Of a stretch of 64,000 nucleotides of DNA, positions 63,369-64,000 are shown piece after piece. Within the stretch, counting starts at the first letter, position 1. Every line of letters starts with the position of its first letter. The stretch covers positions 1,550,001-1,614,000 of the forward strand of contig NC_081396.1 of NCBI RefSeq assembly GCF_030684315.1. Direction: 5' to 3'. This stretch comes from Stegostoma tigrinum (lineage: Eukaryota). Under the pieces are notes generated by a model. That model ran no database searches. It was not told the origin of the DNA and saw only the letters and a program-made list of their open reading frames with translations. Position numbers and translations under genes: made by a program.

Positions 63369-64000
63369 TATTTGGATTATGTCCAGAAACCCACTCTGAG
63401 ATTTCCAGTAGTATCTACCAGCAGGCACACTCACGCCAAAAAGCAGAAACAATATGTTTTGCAAGTACAGTAACAGTGAGAGGGACTTTGTGCAAGAATC
63501 ATACTAAGCCACAACATTCAACAAGGAGGTATTGCTGACTGCAGAAATAATAATACTTTATTCCAAAGTGTATCTCCCGATCACCTTGCATTTGTAAAAT
63601 TTACTCAATCACTTTTTAAAAATATAAACGGCTTTTGAAGGAGTTTCCCTCCCTATGCGCACTATCAATGATTATTTTTTACACCAATGCAATCAGTTTC
63701 CTGAAAATTTGAAATGGTGTCGGTTCATCGGGTTCATTTAATGAGGGCTATTGCTGAGTCATTCCCAGTTAAAGCAAAATGAGAATATTTCGTTAGGAAA
63801 TGATTTTGAACTTGAAAACAACTTCCAACCACAGAGCCCCATAACATCAATTGGCACTTCAGGATCTCCCTTCCATGCTCTCATGTGTACTGCTCCCAGG
63901 ACCAATCCCGAACTATTGTTCTCAGCTCTCACGGACTGTATGAGTATATATTTTGAGCGACAATGTCCAGTAGCTCTACACTCAAAAAGAAAGAAGAAAG

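Noticed and set aside
62760-63464. Leader-like LQNILFLLFGVSVPAG on the minus strand with possible V pieces around a LINE fragment
   Set aside because: No ATG, no Cys/Trp anchors and no RSS.
1-64000. Prokaryotic systems (CRISPR arrays, operons, rRNA)
   Set aside because: No repeat-spacer array or operon structure; the sequence is vertebrate-type, with introns and retroelements.

Overview
Eukaryotic genomic DNA, very probably from a cartilaginous fish (shark), inferred from the repeat families, a GPR139-like GPCR and the V-gene style. It has three assembly gaps. The core of the window is part of a T-cell receptor alpha/delta variable-gene array. There are two apparently intact V segments, each with leader exon, intron, V exon and 23-bp-spacer RSS: 24765-25236 (+) and 49957-50511 (-). 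At least six recognisable V pseudogenes and several fainter remnants lie in mixed orientation, and two old internal segmental duplications are visible. The 5' end holds a mosaic of two different class I endogenous retroviruses and a GPR139-like GPCR pseudo-exon. The rest is dense retroelement sequence: CR1-type LINEs, tRNA-derived SINEs, many Penelope-like (GIY-YIG) elements carrying minimal hammerhead ribozyme cores, and a near-full-length Tx1-clade LINE. That Tx1 is inserted exactly inside a Penelope hammerhead and itself starts with a diverged copy of the sequence just downstream of the ribozyme cleavage site. All analysis was by eye; boundaries of decayed repeats are approximate.
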